In this document: positions 12,119-23,195 of the stretch, piece after piece
Layout: every line of letters starts with the position of its first letter
Numbering within the stretch: position 1 is the first letter of the stretch
From: Bilabrum cf. latius
Taxonomy: Eukaryota
Length of the DNA stretch: 64,000 nt
Assembly (NCBI GenBank): GCA_965178125.1
Contig: OZ237772.1
Span: 248,001 to 312,000 of the forward strand
Direction: 5' to 3'
Program-made: the position numbers and the translations under genes
The notes under the pieces: generated by a model
Database searches by the model: none
Told to the model about the DNA's origin: nothing
The model's input: only the letters and a program-made list of their open reading frames with translations

Positions 12119-12841
12119 TTATCCTGTTAAGAAAATACAAGGTACGACTTTATATTCTACTCCATTAGCATCAGTAGAAGTACCACTTGAAAAGTCTTCA
12201 TCTACTAGAGCTTTTGCTACAATAGTCTAATCAACAGAGACTGGTTGAGGATTAGGCGCGTAGACATATCCACTATCAGAGCTATTTATTAAGTAGTCAC
12301 CCGCACTTACATCTCCTCCATTTTTATTTACTTTCACAGCTCCATCACCTAAAGATGCCACAAGTACTTTACCATCATCATGGTGTTCTCCTACATATAC
12401 TCCAAAAGGTGGTGAATGTTGAGATGCTTGACTTACGACATATTCATTAGTTGTGGGTCCTTTATTAACTACACTATCAAGAGTAACCACTGACCCAATA
12501 CCAGCTGGTAAACTAGAAGCAACATCACTACAAGATGCTACATGTGTACCGGTAAATGATAAGAAGTTGGTTGCTGTCATAGTACTGGTTTGAGTGCCAT
12601 CACCTGCGACATTGATTGAGATAGATGCACCTGCTGATGCTGAGTTTTTACCTATTCTCCATGTGAAAGACTTAGCATCTTCATTAGTACCACTCATAAT
12701 ATAGGGTAGTGATTGACCATTGAAGTTAAGTCCAAAGTTAGCGGCTCCATCAAAGCCTTCTGCTTTAATTGATTCTACTTCAATAGACTTACTCTTTAAT
12801 TCATATTCATTTTTGTTTAAGAGATTGTATATTCCTGCCAT
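12119..12841 (-). CDS. Fibre/spike-like protein with C-terminal intramolecular-chaperone-like (peptidase G2-like) domain
   Basis: Gly/Ser/Thr beta-rich N-half, then SFTGTH...VASLGDGAVKV...GDYLINSS..GY...TIVAKAL..DF...VPCIF, as recalled from virus fibre C-termini. Confidence 0.6.
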
Positions 12842-13084
12842 TACTTATATTATATTAGCTAGACTAGATATTTTTTTTTTAAATTACGAGATTTTAAAAA
12901 GTTAGTAGTATAAGATATAGTATAATACTAGCGCCCCAAATTGCGATAATATATTAGGATATTAAGATATATTTCCGCAATTCTGGGCGCGTAGGCGTAT
13001 TGATTTTTATAATTTAGTCATTTTTAATATAGCCACCTCTTACAATGTAATATTTTTAAATTAAAATATTATAGTATATACCAT

Positions 13085-14527
13085 TTAAAGACTTCTTAAT
13101 CTTGAATCTAACCAAGATATTAGAGTATCAAGTCTCTTATTAAGACCTGAACCTTCACCAGTCTTACTTTCACTTGCTCCACTAGATGATTGACCTTGTG
13201 CTTCTTGTTCTTGTTCTTCCCGTTCTTGTGCTGCTCGTGCTGCTCTTGTTCTTGCTTCTTGACCTTTACCAAGATCTTCACCTGCATCGCTTGCTACAAA
13301 TTCTCCATCTGGTTGTCTTTCTAATAGTGTCCCTTCTGTCTCATCATCTAAAGGTTCATTACCTCTTGCTATCTATTCAGCAGCTTCATTCATTACATCA
13401 CTTAATGCGGCTTCTCTTCGTAAGTCTGGATCTTTTTCCTTAGCTCGTCTAAGTCTTTCTTTAAGTGGAGTTCCTGACGGTTCTGCACGACTAAATGGGT
13501 TTGTTTGTCTTTTTCTAAGTGATAATTGTCTTTCAATATCTTTCTTTGCGTCATCAAACTTGATTCTATTTAAATTTACAAATCTAGTTTTACTGTCAAG
13601 TCCCGATTGTCTTCCAGTCTTAATATCTTGAAATAAGCTCTATAAATCATAATACTACATATCATCTATTGGCACACCATCATATTCATCACCTAATAGT
13701 GCTTTAAGTCTATCTTTTAGTACTGGTGCTTTAGATGTGGCTTTTGTTTTATAAATATCATTTATTGCTTCCATTCTTTTATTAAGTACATCTCTTTTTA
13801 GTTTAACTCGATCAGTTTGGCTTCGTAATCGTTCCAAAGCATAGCCTTTTGACTTTTTATCTCCTAATCTTTCTAATAGAGGTACTATTTGTGTTCCTTT
13901 TGCTCTTTGTCTAACTTTTACAAGTCTTGATGCCATTGAATTAAGTTGAGCCTTAGAGAGACCATTTAAAGTTGAATCACTTACACCTCTCTCTTTAAGA
14001 AACTTCTTCAACTAGTCTACTGTTAAGTCATTCTCTAAGTCTTTGACATCTTTAGGTAAATTGTCTATCTCTTCTGCTTCAATAAATAAGTTATTTAATG
14101 CGTCGTTAAGTTTTGACTCAGCTTTACCTTTTTGAAATAGAGTATTAGATGAGTTCATATATGGAATATTCTATATCATCTTAGCAATAGCTTCAGCATC
14201 TTCATCAAGTAGTTCATTATCTTTAGCTAGTCTTACAACTTGATCTATATCTGCTACTTTATACTTTTTACCTTTCTTACTGTTATCTTTAACTCTTTTT
14301 AAAGTCCTTTTCATAAGATTTGCTATTCTTTTTAATTTTCTCTTTTCTTCTAATGGCATAAAGTCCTCTTCTAATTGAATTTTTTGTTTTCGTTTAGCTT
14401 CTCCTATAGCTGCTCTTATGGCTCTCTCTTCGTTTCTTACCTTTCGTCTTGCTTGACTTGTAGGGGCTCTACTTTCCACAAGTCCATCGAGTAAGTCTTC
14501 CAATACTGCTGTTCTTTTTTTAGACAT
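13085..14527 (-). CDS. Charged helical viral protein with SAP/HeH-like DNA-binding motif (480 aa)
   Basis: Single frame with TAG=Gln joining 14171-14527 and 13655-14011; LTVD(Q)LKKFLKERGV...LSKAQL. Confidence 0.7.
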
Positions 14528-14566
14528 CGTATAATTATATTATGATAATAGATAATATTATTAAAT

Positions 14567-15661
14567 TTACATACCATTTTCTTTTAATATTTTACTTGCT
14601 TCTCCTAGACTTACGCCATACTTCTTCATTACCGCACTCACTAATTTACCTCTTGCTTTAGCTTTTGGATTAGGTTTCCTCTTACGCTTAGCCTTTCCAA
14701 GTCCTACAGTCTTAAGTGCAGCATCAAGAGGGACACCAACTTCAGGGGCTACAAACTTAAGACCTGTTCGTATTGCCTTTCCTACATTACTTTTAATACC
14801 TTTTTTAATTGTTCGCCCTACTTTCTTGAATTTACGACCTACTTTTTTAAAAAAGCGTCCAACTTTTGAACCACCTTGAACACCATTCATTTGATAGTCT
14901 TCAAATAATTCTGATCCTAACGCCGGATGGGGTTCGGTGTTGATGCCAGAGTGGGAGCGCGTGAACGTCTCGTTGGGTTCCGATGGCGGTTGCGACCGGG
15001 AAGGTGCGACCAAGCCAACGGATTGCTTGCGATGACGCGCATACCCTCTCTGTGTTCAGGAGAGGGGCGGAGATTGGGTAATTTTTGGGCGGTAAGATTT
15101 GGCGGAGTAGTGCACGTGCTCTTCCCAGCCCCGGTCAGTCCGGTCAAGGGTCGCGCACAGGCACAGCTTTGTCAGGTCTTGCCATGTCTGATTGTTAACG
15201 AGACTAGGTTGCGCGTACACTCTGGCATCATGATCCTAACGCCGGATGGGGTTCGGTGTTGATGCCAGAGTGGGAGCGCGTGAACGTCTCGTTGGGTTCC
15301 GATGGCGGTTGCGACCGGGAAGGTGCGACCAAGCCAACGGATTGCTTGCGATGACGCGCATACCCTCTCTGTGTTCAGGAGAGGGGCGGAGATTGGGTAA
15401 TTTTTGCCCACCCTCCCAACCCCCTCCTCCTCGGCGGAGTAGTGCACGTGCTCTTCCCAGCCCCGGTCAGTCCGGTCAAGGGTCGCGCACAGGCACAGCT
15501 TTGTCAGGTCTTGCCATGTCTGATTGTTAACGAGACTAGGTTGCGCGTACACTCTGGCATCAAAGTAGTTTTTGCTTAAATTCGTCTTTTAAATTGTTGA
15601 CTTTGGCATTAGAGGGTGATTTACCTAGTTGCTATAGTCTTTGTCTTATGAAATCGTCCAT
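14567..15661 (-). pseudogene. Basic virion core-protein-like gene interrupted by a tandem GC-rich insertion
   Basis: Removing 14912-15562 gives MDDFIRQRL...KQKLL-ELFEDYQMNGVQGG-SKVGRFFKKVGRKFKKV...ARGKLVSAVMKKYGVSLGEASKILKENGM; the insert begins with in-frame TGA. Confidence 0.8.
14912..15562 (-). mobile_element. Two head-to-tail copies (319 + 332 bp) of a GC-rich non-coding element, no TSD
   Basis: Units 14912-15230 and 15231-15562; 13-bp asymmetric inverted repeat TGATGCCAGAGTG/CACTCTGGCATCA followed by a short subterminal hairpin. Confidence 0.85.
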
Positions 15662-15695
15662 TATAATAAAGAACTATAATATTTCTTATTAATAT

Positions 15696-16514
15696 ATGGT
15701 TAAATTAACAAAGTAGTAGCTAAAGTATTATTCACGATTTGATAATAAGATATTCAAGTCTTTTAAAATAAATAGAAGTGATATTTATTTAAATGGTTCA
15801 TATTCATTTACTCATAATATGCTTTCACTTTGGGCTGGAGACATAGACCTATACTCTCCCGTTAAATTGTCTGATGTCAATAGTGTTATAAATGAATTAA
15901 AGACCTTAAGAGGTAGTAGATTAATACATATTTATAACGTTGAATATGATGATAATGGCGTCTCTTTAGATACATTTCTTGATACTAATAGACCTAAAAT
16001 ATTAAAATCTTTAAAATAGTAGAATAATCCTATGATATTCGTTGAAAGTTGGGTCTATACTGGATATATTGAAGAGGTTAGTATATTATATGATATTGGA
16101 GGTAAGATATTGAAAATGAAGCCTAAACAAGTAGCAGATAGGATGATAGATGACATAAAAGACTTACAAAAAGAACGAAAATATTTCAAGATATTAAAAA
16201 GACTAGATGTTATATATGACGAATTAGGGCAAAAGAAGAAACAGGAAGAGATTGAACAACTTATAAAGAATCCCGATGTAGGCTTTCTTTACTTGACTAT
16301 TACAAGATTAAAAAGTTTATTACTTCCAACAGTTCCATTTAAATTAAAAAATAGAGTTATTGATAGACTTAAGAATGATGTACGTAAATTAGGACTTATT
16401 AAACCAGTATATCAATACTTTAATACGTTCAATAGTAAAGATGTAAGTATTATAATTAAATATTTAGAAGACTAGCTCAATAAAAGGGTCGTTAAATTAG
16501 TTTCACATAATTGA
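15696..16514 (+). CDS. Pol-beta-superfamily nucleotidyltransferase-like protein (272 aa)
   Basis: YLNGSYSFTHNMLSLWAGDIDL fits hGS-x(9-13)-DhD; frame continuous with TAG=Gln; TGA stop. Confidence 0.65.
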
Positions 16515-16708
16515 ATACACCTAAACGCCCAGAATTGCAGACATAATTTTCTTGATACTTATATATTTCCGCAATTTGGGGCGCCCTATATTGTGAGATT
16601 TTCATTAGATTGACCCGAAAATGTAAAACCTCTAACAGCCTACGCGCCCAGAATTGCACAAATATATCTTAAATAGCTATAATATTACCGCAATTTGGGG
16701 CGGTCGTC

Positions 16709-17230
16709 TCACCAGTCACTATAAAATAGCTCGTCAATGTCTTCTTCGTTAAGTTTATTAACTTTTTCTGTCGGATGGAGGGGATTATCTGGTCGTATGT
16801 CATGTAAATAGCACTTAAGTCTGAAAAATTTTAGATATTCATAAATTAACTACATTTGAAAAAAGTCTTTTTTAAATAACCTTTCCCACTCAACGGATTG
16901 TTTAAATTGTTCTATACATTCATTTATTTTCATTGAATTAGCATAGTCAAAGTTGAATGTTTTTAAGTGATCAAAAGAAGACGATACATATCCGTTATCA
17001 TTTAACGTAAAGTCCATATCATAATAGTACTTTTTACTGCAATTGATAATACATTCTCTATACTTACGAGCAATTAGAAGACAAGTTATATAATTAGTAT
17101 AGCAATCTACTCTATCAGTTGTCATCATATTACGCTACTCTTCTGCTTTCTTATAGTACTAATTAACTTTACATGAGTACTTATAAAATGATTTAATATA
17201 TCTTTTTGAAATTAGAAGTTTGTGATCCAT
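16709..17230 (-). CDS. Viral hypothetical protein (173 aa)
   Basis: Continuous frame with three TAG; TGA stop adjacent to a palindromic repeat. Confidence 0.65.
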
Positions 17231-17375
17231 AATTCTATATATTTATATGATATTTTAATCATATTCTTAAGACTGTGCACTCTAAAATGAATATTTGAAA
17301 TGGCTACTTCTCACAATATACCTTTTGAACCCACTAATTATTAGAAAAATAATAAATATTAACATATAGTATATA

Positions 17376-18443
17376 ATGTCATTATCATACGATGAAATAC
17401 CAAATAGTCATTTAGTTGCTTTAAGAGAATACAAGCACAAGAAGAGGAACAAAAGCGTCTTTTTTAGTGAAGATGTAGGGGAAAAAGTCATAACTCCAGA
17501 AGATATAAGTGATGATTTACTTGAAGAGTATTATGGAAAGAGAGCAATTAAATATGAGAAGAATAAAAAAGCATTACGTGAAGAGATGTGTAAGCTAGTG
17601 AATGGAAATAAAAAACTAGTTAGAAAGACTAACGAGTTAAGAATAGATGATAAGAGTTAGTTTGAAATAGTCCCATTCTTTGATGATGAGACCAAAAGAC
17701 AAATACACTATTTAAGTGGTTAGGCTGGTGCTGGTAAGTCTTATATTGCTAAGTCTTTACTCAAGTATTATCATATGTTCATTCCAAAGAAGAGGGTTTT
17801 AGTCATTACACCAGTACAGGAAACAAATCCAACTTATTTAAAATATGGTAATTTTATTGATATTGATAAATTAGTAGCAGTAGATAGAAACGATAGTTAT
17901 GATGACTTAATGAGGAAATACAAAGAAGAAAAGATATTCTTTAGGTAGGAAAAGAAGTCATTAGAACCTCATGAATTAATTAAAAGAGAGATAGAGATAG
18001 AAAGAATGAAACCAACAAGTAAAGACAAGACAAAGGCATCATTTACCACTACTCCATTGTATGAAGAATGGGCAAAATAGGGTCCTTCTGTGGTGGTATT
18101 TGATGATTATGAAGCCTTAAACGGTGATAAAAAGTAGAGAGCGTTATTCTTAATTAAGCGTATAGGTGAAGTTGGAAGACATAGCTCAACAAATATGATA
18201 GTTATAAGTCATTTAACGAATGATTATGCGAATACTAGGTCAATAGTCATGGAAAGTCATAATATTATTTTATTTAAGAGAAATCTATGGAAATTTAGCA
18301 AATATTTAATGAAAGCATATTTAGGATTTGATGCAAGTCTTATAAATCGTGTTTATAAATTGTTTGGAGAAGGTAATAGATGGCTATGTATTAATAAGAC
18401 TTATAATTTTATCACTTGTCCTAAATAGATGTTCGTATATTAA
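17376..18443 (+). CDS. FtsK-HerA/A32-type DNA packaging ATPase
   Basis: Walker A YLSG(TAG=Q)AGAGKS, Walker B VVVFDDYE, GRH...IVISH; TAA stop. Confidence 0.92.
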
Positions 18444-18462
18444 TTTTCTTAGTATTAAGTAT

Positions 18463-19011
18463 ATGGATATAACCACTGCATTAAGTCCTGAAGAGGTACA
18501 AAGACTATACTTTACATTTACAAAGTAGCATATACCAGTTATAATGTATGAAGAAATAAGTGATACTAATAACATCAGACAATTTCTAGATGAAAATCCT
18601 TTATTTGTCCTTTATTATCCTAACTTAGTAGAAGGAGCAACAATGAGCGGTCATTATACTGCGGTCATATTTAATAAATCAAAGAATACTCTTTATTTTT
18701 GGGATAGTTATGGTCAATTACCTGATACTCATATTCCAGTCGTAGGAGGAGTCATAGACCCATAGAAGCTATATGATAGAAGTAGTCTTCTAATAGATCA
18801 CGTATTAGATGCTGGTATTAATGTTGACTATTCAAATCAAAAGAATCAATTAATATCAAATAACTCTGCCACATGCGGTCGGTGGAGTGTGCTCAGACTT
18901 CTCTTTCATAATTTAACGAATGATTAGTTTAATAGTCAATTAAAGAAGGCTTTTAAAAAGTATGGAGGAGGACTAGATAATGATGAACTTATTACTTTGA
19001 TAATTAGTTAA
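18463..19011 (+). CDS. Virion maturation cysteine protease (adenain/Ulp1-like)
   Basis: GHYTAV, YFWDSYG and NQ......ATCGRW catalytic motifs; sits between ATPase and penton. Confidence 0.92.
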
Positions 19012-19371
19012 TATGACATATACCATAAATTTTTAGATATTGAAAATTGATATCTATAAGGTGGCCATATTAAAAAGACTAAAATATAAAAATGAATACG
19101 GGTACGCGCCCAGAATTGCGGAAATATATCTTAATATCCTAATATATTATCGCAATTTGGGGCGCTGGTATTATACTATATCTTAAGATACTAAATTTTT
19201 AAAATTTCGGAATATTGGATTTTTTCAATGAGTCAAATAATTAATAAAAACTTTTTCAAAAAGTCAATACGGGTACGCGCCCAGAATTGCGGAAATATAT
19301 CTTAAATAGCTATAATATTACCGCAATTTGGGGCATTAGACAAGACTTATTTTCTTGATAAATGTTATAGA

Positions 19372-20298
19372 ATGGTAGAGATTCAAGAACCAGATATCTT
19401 TTATATTAACTCATAGGATACTATAACATCTATTAATACTAATAGACCAGTATCAATACATGAACAGCGTCAAGGTAATATCTTGACAAATTCACAAAAC
19501 TACTTATTATCACTTGACCGATGGACTCTTAAATGTCGTATTCCTTTATTTGTAGCAAGTAAAGAAGTAAAGAATAGCGATAATTAGTCAATTTATAAGA
19601 TGTCGTTTGTGAAGAAGAGTGATGGAACTACTTACACTCGTAATATTGTCTTAACCAAGTCGTTATATTATAGTCTTAAGACCCTATCTAATGAATTTAA
19701 TAATACTCTTAGTGATTTATGTGGAGATGCTAGTATTCCAACTGATAGTATAGTATTTGAATATCACGGTAAGACTAAAACTTTTAGTTTCACCCGTTTA
19801 GCGGCTTTTACAAGTGCGTGGACTTTAAGTTTTAACTTTCCTTTATTCTCTATATTTGAGACATTTGAATATGACGATGAAGGTAAAGACATCAAGAGTG
19901 ATACTTATATAAATCTATTAGATGGATATAATGAATAGAGTGCTTCTACCTTAGATTAGTTTCCTACTATGGAGTATATTCAAATTATTAGTCCATCACT
20001 TCCAATACTTCCAGAATTTACGCCATCATATAAAAGTACATCTAGTACAGAGATACAAAGTGAAAATATCTTAAGTGATTTCAAGATAGACAATACAACA
20101 GGAACGAGTTTTATTAAAATAAACTTTAGTAGTGGAGGAAATCATAGATGGCAATAGTTCTATAGATCAGCATTTAATAGTTATAGTATAGTACCGTATT
20201 TTAGAGATACTTTTGGAAACTTATACGAAATACCCTTTACTTTTGGACAAGGACTTAATATAAAAGCTCTATTTAAAAGTAAAAAGTTAATAACTTAA
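19372..20298 (+). CDS. Minor capsid (penton) protein
   Basis: YLLSLDRW....IPLF near the N-terminus, LPILPE, ILSDF, C-terminal YFRDTFGNLYEI...IKALFKSK as in virophage pentons; immediately upstream of MCP. Confidence 0.8.
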
Positions 20299-20340
20299 AG
20301 TAAAAAATAAATAAATATCTTTAGTCTTAATATATTTATA

Positions 20341-22227
20341 ATGTCTGATATGGATAATGTACCTGTAGCAGCACAAAGCAAAGTCGTAGATGACGTCTCA
20401 GAACTACCAGTAACTCAAATAGCTGACGAAAAACTCAACTTTGTGGGTGATAGTCAAGCTATTACTCTAGGAACTACCCTTGGATACTCTTCCAAGTTCC
20501 AAAACCACTATGAACCAGATGGTGGTAACTCTAGCGCAACTAATGCATTTAGAAGTAATTACACTTTTGTCGTGCCATCAAATCAAGGAATGACTGACAG
20601 TAATCCCCGTCTAAGAGTTTCATTTGACGTATACATCTATGATAGTTAGAACAATGGAGCAGTAGCTCAAACTGATATCGTCAATAAGGTAGCCCCTTCT
20701 ACATTTATGGTAAATTCAATGATCACAAGTTCCACAGTTAAAATGGGAGACTTATCTCGTAGTTCATCACCTTATCAATTAGTCAATTTAATAGCTAGAA
20801 GTCTTGACCGTGCCACTCTAGCACAAATAAGTCCTGTCTTTTAGGCTGATAACACTTGGGAATTTAATACTGCCGCAAATGGTCTTGCTAAGTCTGTCCT
20901 TCAATGGGGTGTAAATGATGATAGTATTATGGAAGCTCGCGGTCCTGGTAAGAATTACCGCGCAACACTTGAAAAAGTGGATGCTAATACTCCAATACCT
21001 AATAATAATGTAACACCAACTCAAGACTATGTCAAATTACATATTGAAATCTCTGAAGCACTTCTTGCACGTCCTTTCCAATATATGATGGGTGGTAATG
21101 CTAGACCTTTTGTTGATCATCCACAATTAAATGTTAATTTACAAATGAGAAATAACTTAATTGATAAGATGTTTAATACTTCAAGTGATTGGAATGGAGA
21201 CTATGCTTTTGCTTTATCCGATTGCTAGATCCATTTTGATGTCTTTACTTATAATACTCATCTTAACTTCTTGAAGAAAGTACCTAAACAAATATTCTAC
21301 AACTCTGTTGACTTTGAACTACATGAAGAGCCTAAACTTGATAATCCTATCACTACTAAAGGTGTCCATACTTTTAATAATTATCAACTTTAGACTTGCC
21401 CTTCTTGGTTTGCTGTGTGCTTAGTTGATTCTCAATATGGAGAAGCTAGTGGTACACCTCATAGAACACTTGCCATTAACAATATTAAAGTACAACTTAG
21501 GTCTTAGGGTTCTATTTTAGGAGAACTTACACAAGACGATATCTTTAGACTTAGTGAAAGAAATGGATCAAATAGTGAGTATGCTTCTTTTACTAACTTA
21601 GATGTAACTGTAGGAGGTGCTTCTAAAGTATACGGATCTAATGGCTGGCTCTTATTTAGACTTAGTGATTTAAATACTCCTGAAACTATTCAAAGCAACA
21701 GTGCTGACCCTATTAGTATTCGTGTTCAAGTAGCCTATGACGAACCCCCAACCGCTGCTATGTCTCAAGGATATAAAGCTCAATTATTCTGTGCCTATGA
21801 CAAGATTATCGTGAATACTAGAGGTGCCGCTATTGAATGGCGTGAAGATAGTGCTTCTGTTGACCCTGAGAAAGTGGCTAAACCTTCTAATTATACATTT
21901 TCTAATATGAACTACTCTAAGAACGTATTAGGTGGAAGACGTCGTAAAGTGATGCAATTCTTTAAGAGAGCCTTTAACAAAGCTAAAGACTTAGGACGTA
22001 AAGTGGTAGACTTTGGAAAGAAAGCTAAAGCTAAATTTGATAAAGTGAAACCAGCTCTTCGTAAAGCAAGGCAAGCAGTAAGTGAATACTTACCCGATGA
22101 AGTGAATGACTTAGCTGAACGTGTTGGAGCAGGTCTTTTAACTAGTGGTGGAAGTCTTTTGACCAGTGGAGGTAAGAAATTAACTAAGGCTCAACTTATG
22201 AAACTTAGAAAGTAGCTCAATATGTGA
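20341..22227 (+). CDS. Major capsid protein (virophage-type, 628 aa)
   Basis: One frame joining the 20341, 20929 and 21760 fragments with TAG=Gln; beta-rich, ISEALLARPF; di-glycine sites and basic C-terminal tail; gene order ATPase-PRO-penton-MCP. Confidence 0.85.
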
Positions 22228-22384
22228 GTCGTAAATTATTAATTAATATTTAAAAGTTATAAATATTGACTAAATTTAAAAACTCAATACGGGTACGCGC
22301 CCAGAATTGCGAAAATATATCTTGAATAGCTATAATATTACCGCAATTTGGGGCGGTCATACCTTAAGACTAGTTTAAATATTA

Positions 22385-22417
22385 CGCCAAAAAATATCCA
22401 CTATATATATAGTTATG
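22385..22417 (+). promoter_or_regulatory. Conserved viral promoter-like motif CGCCAAAAAATATCCACTATATATATAG just upstream of ATG
   Basis: Related copies precede starts at 7243, 7563, 11280(-), 22415, 23331 and 23921, partially 10149. Confidence 0.7.
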
Positions 22418-22837
22418 GCAGCAGTATCACCGTGTGAAGACTTACTTTATATGGAGTATTCATTCTTATTCTTACCACATAGAGAAGACCCAACACTTAA
22501 ATCTCAAAAGGTTTACTTAGATGATGAACTTGAAGGAGATCCTGAAGACATTGTAATAGATAAAGATTAGATATAGGTAAATAATAGAGGTCATATAAAG
22601 ACATATGTAAGTGAAGGAGGCTTTACAAAGTTAAAGGTAGGATAGATAATTGAAGAGATGGAGCAAGAGGTGCGTAATTAGAATGGTATTCATTATGATT
22701 GTATTTTTTATCATAAAGTTGAACACGACACCAGCACAGATATTTATAAAGTAGTATGGGGGTGGTATCCAGCAGACTTTCCAACAAATGGATGCGACCC
22801 TGCTATCTTGTATAAGAAACCCCCTAATATGGATTAA
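22415..22837 (+). CDS. Viral hypothetical acidic protein (140 aa)
   Basis: Promoter motif, continuous frame with four TAG, TAA stop. Confidence 0.7.
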
Positions 22838-22842
22838 TTATT

Positions 22843-23160
22843 AAAAAAATTCTTTGAGCTAGTAATTATACCGATGGTTTGACTACTTGGCGAAGTCATT
22901 CGTAAGTCATTGTTGTAGCGGAGCCAGAACGTGAACTGATGCACCTGAAACCCTATTAAGTCTTACGACTAAGTCTGCTACAACCACTTACGACTACTTC
23001 TACAGTATCCAAACTCCCTTCAAAGACTTGCAAGACGTGTGCTTTGTCATAAGTATGACTTACAGAACGACTCACGGCGATGTCAGTGGTGGGAATCGAA
23101 CCCACGACCTTGACTTTGTGAAACAATCACGATATCACTAGACCAAGACCACAACGCACC
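22843..23160 (-). ncRNA. Putative Pol III transcript: degenerate tRNA-like head, long imperfect hairpin, oligo-T terminator
   Basis: Minus strand TGGTCTAGTG (A-box-like), AGGTC-GTGGGTTCGATTCCCAC (T-arm/B box); nested pairings across 22851-23026; T7 run at 22843-22849. Confidence 0.6.
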
Positions 23161-23195
23161 AAGAGGTAAAAAATATTATATTCAAATAAATTTAA

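Noticed and set aside
14912-15562. Spliceosomal or group I intron; ORFs 14917-15552 in the track
   Set aside because: No GT at the insertion boundary and an in-frame TGA precedes the first GT; group I P7 elements not found in correct order; ORFs are GC-rich artefacts
23082-23155. Functional amber-suppressor tRNA
   Set aside because: No CTA anticodon in the anticodon position; 9-nt loop GTTTCACAA and a poor acceptor stem; looks tRNA-derived rather than a working tRNA
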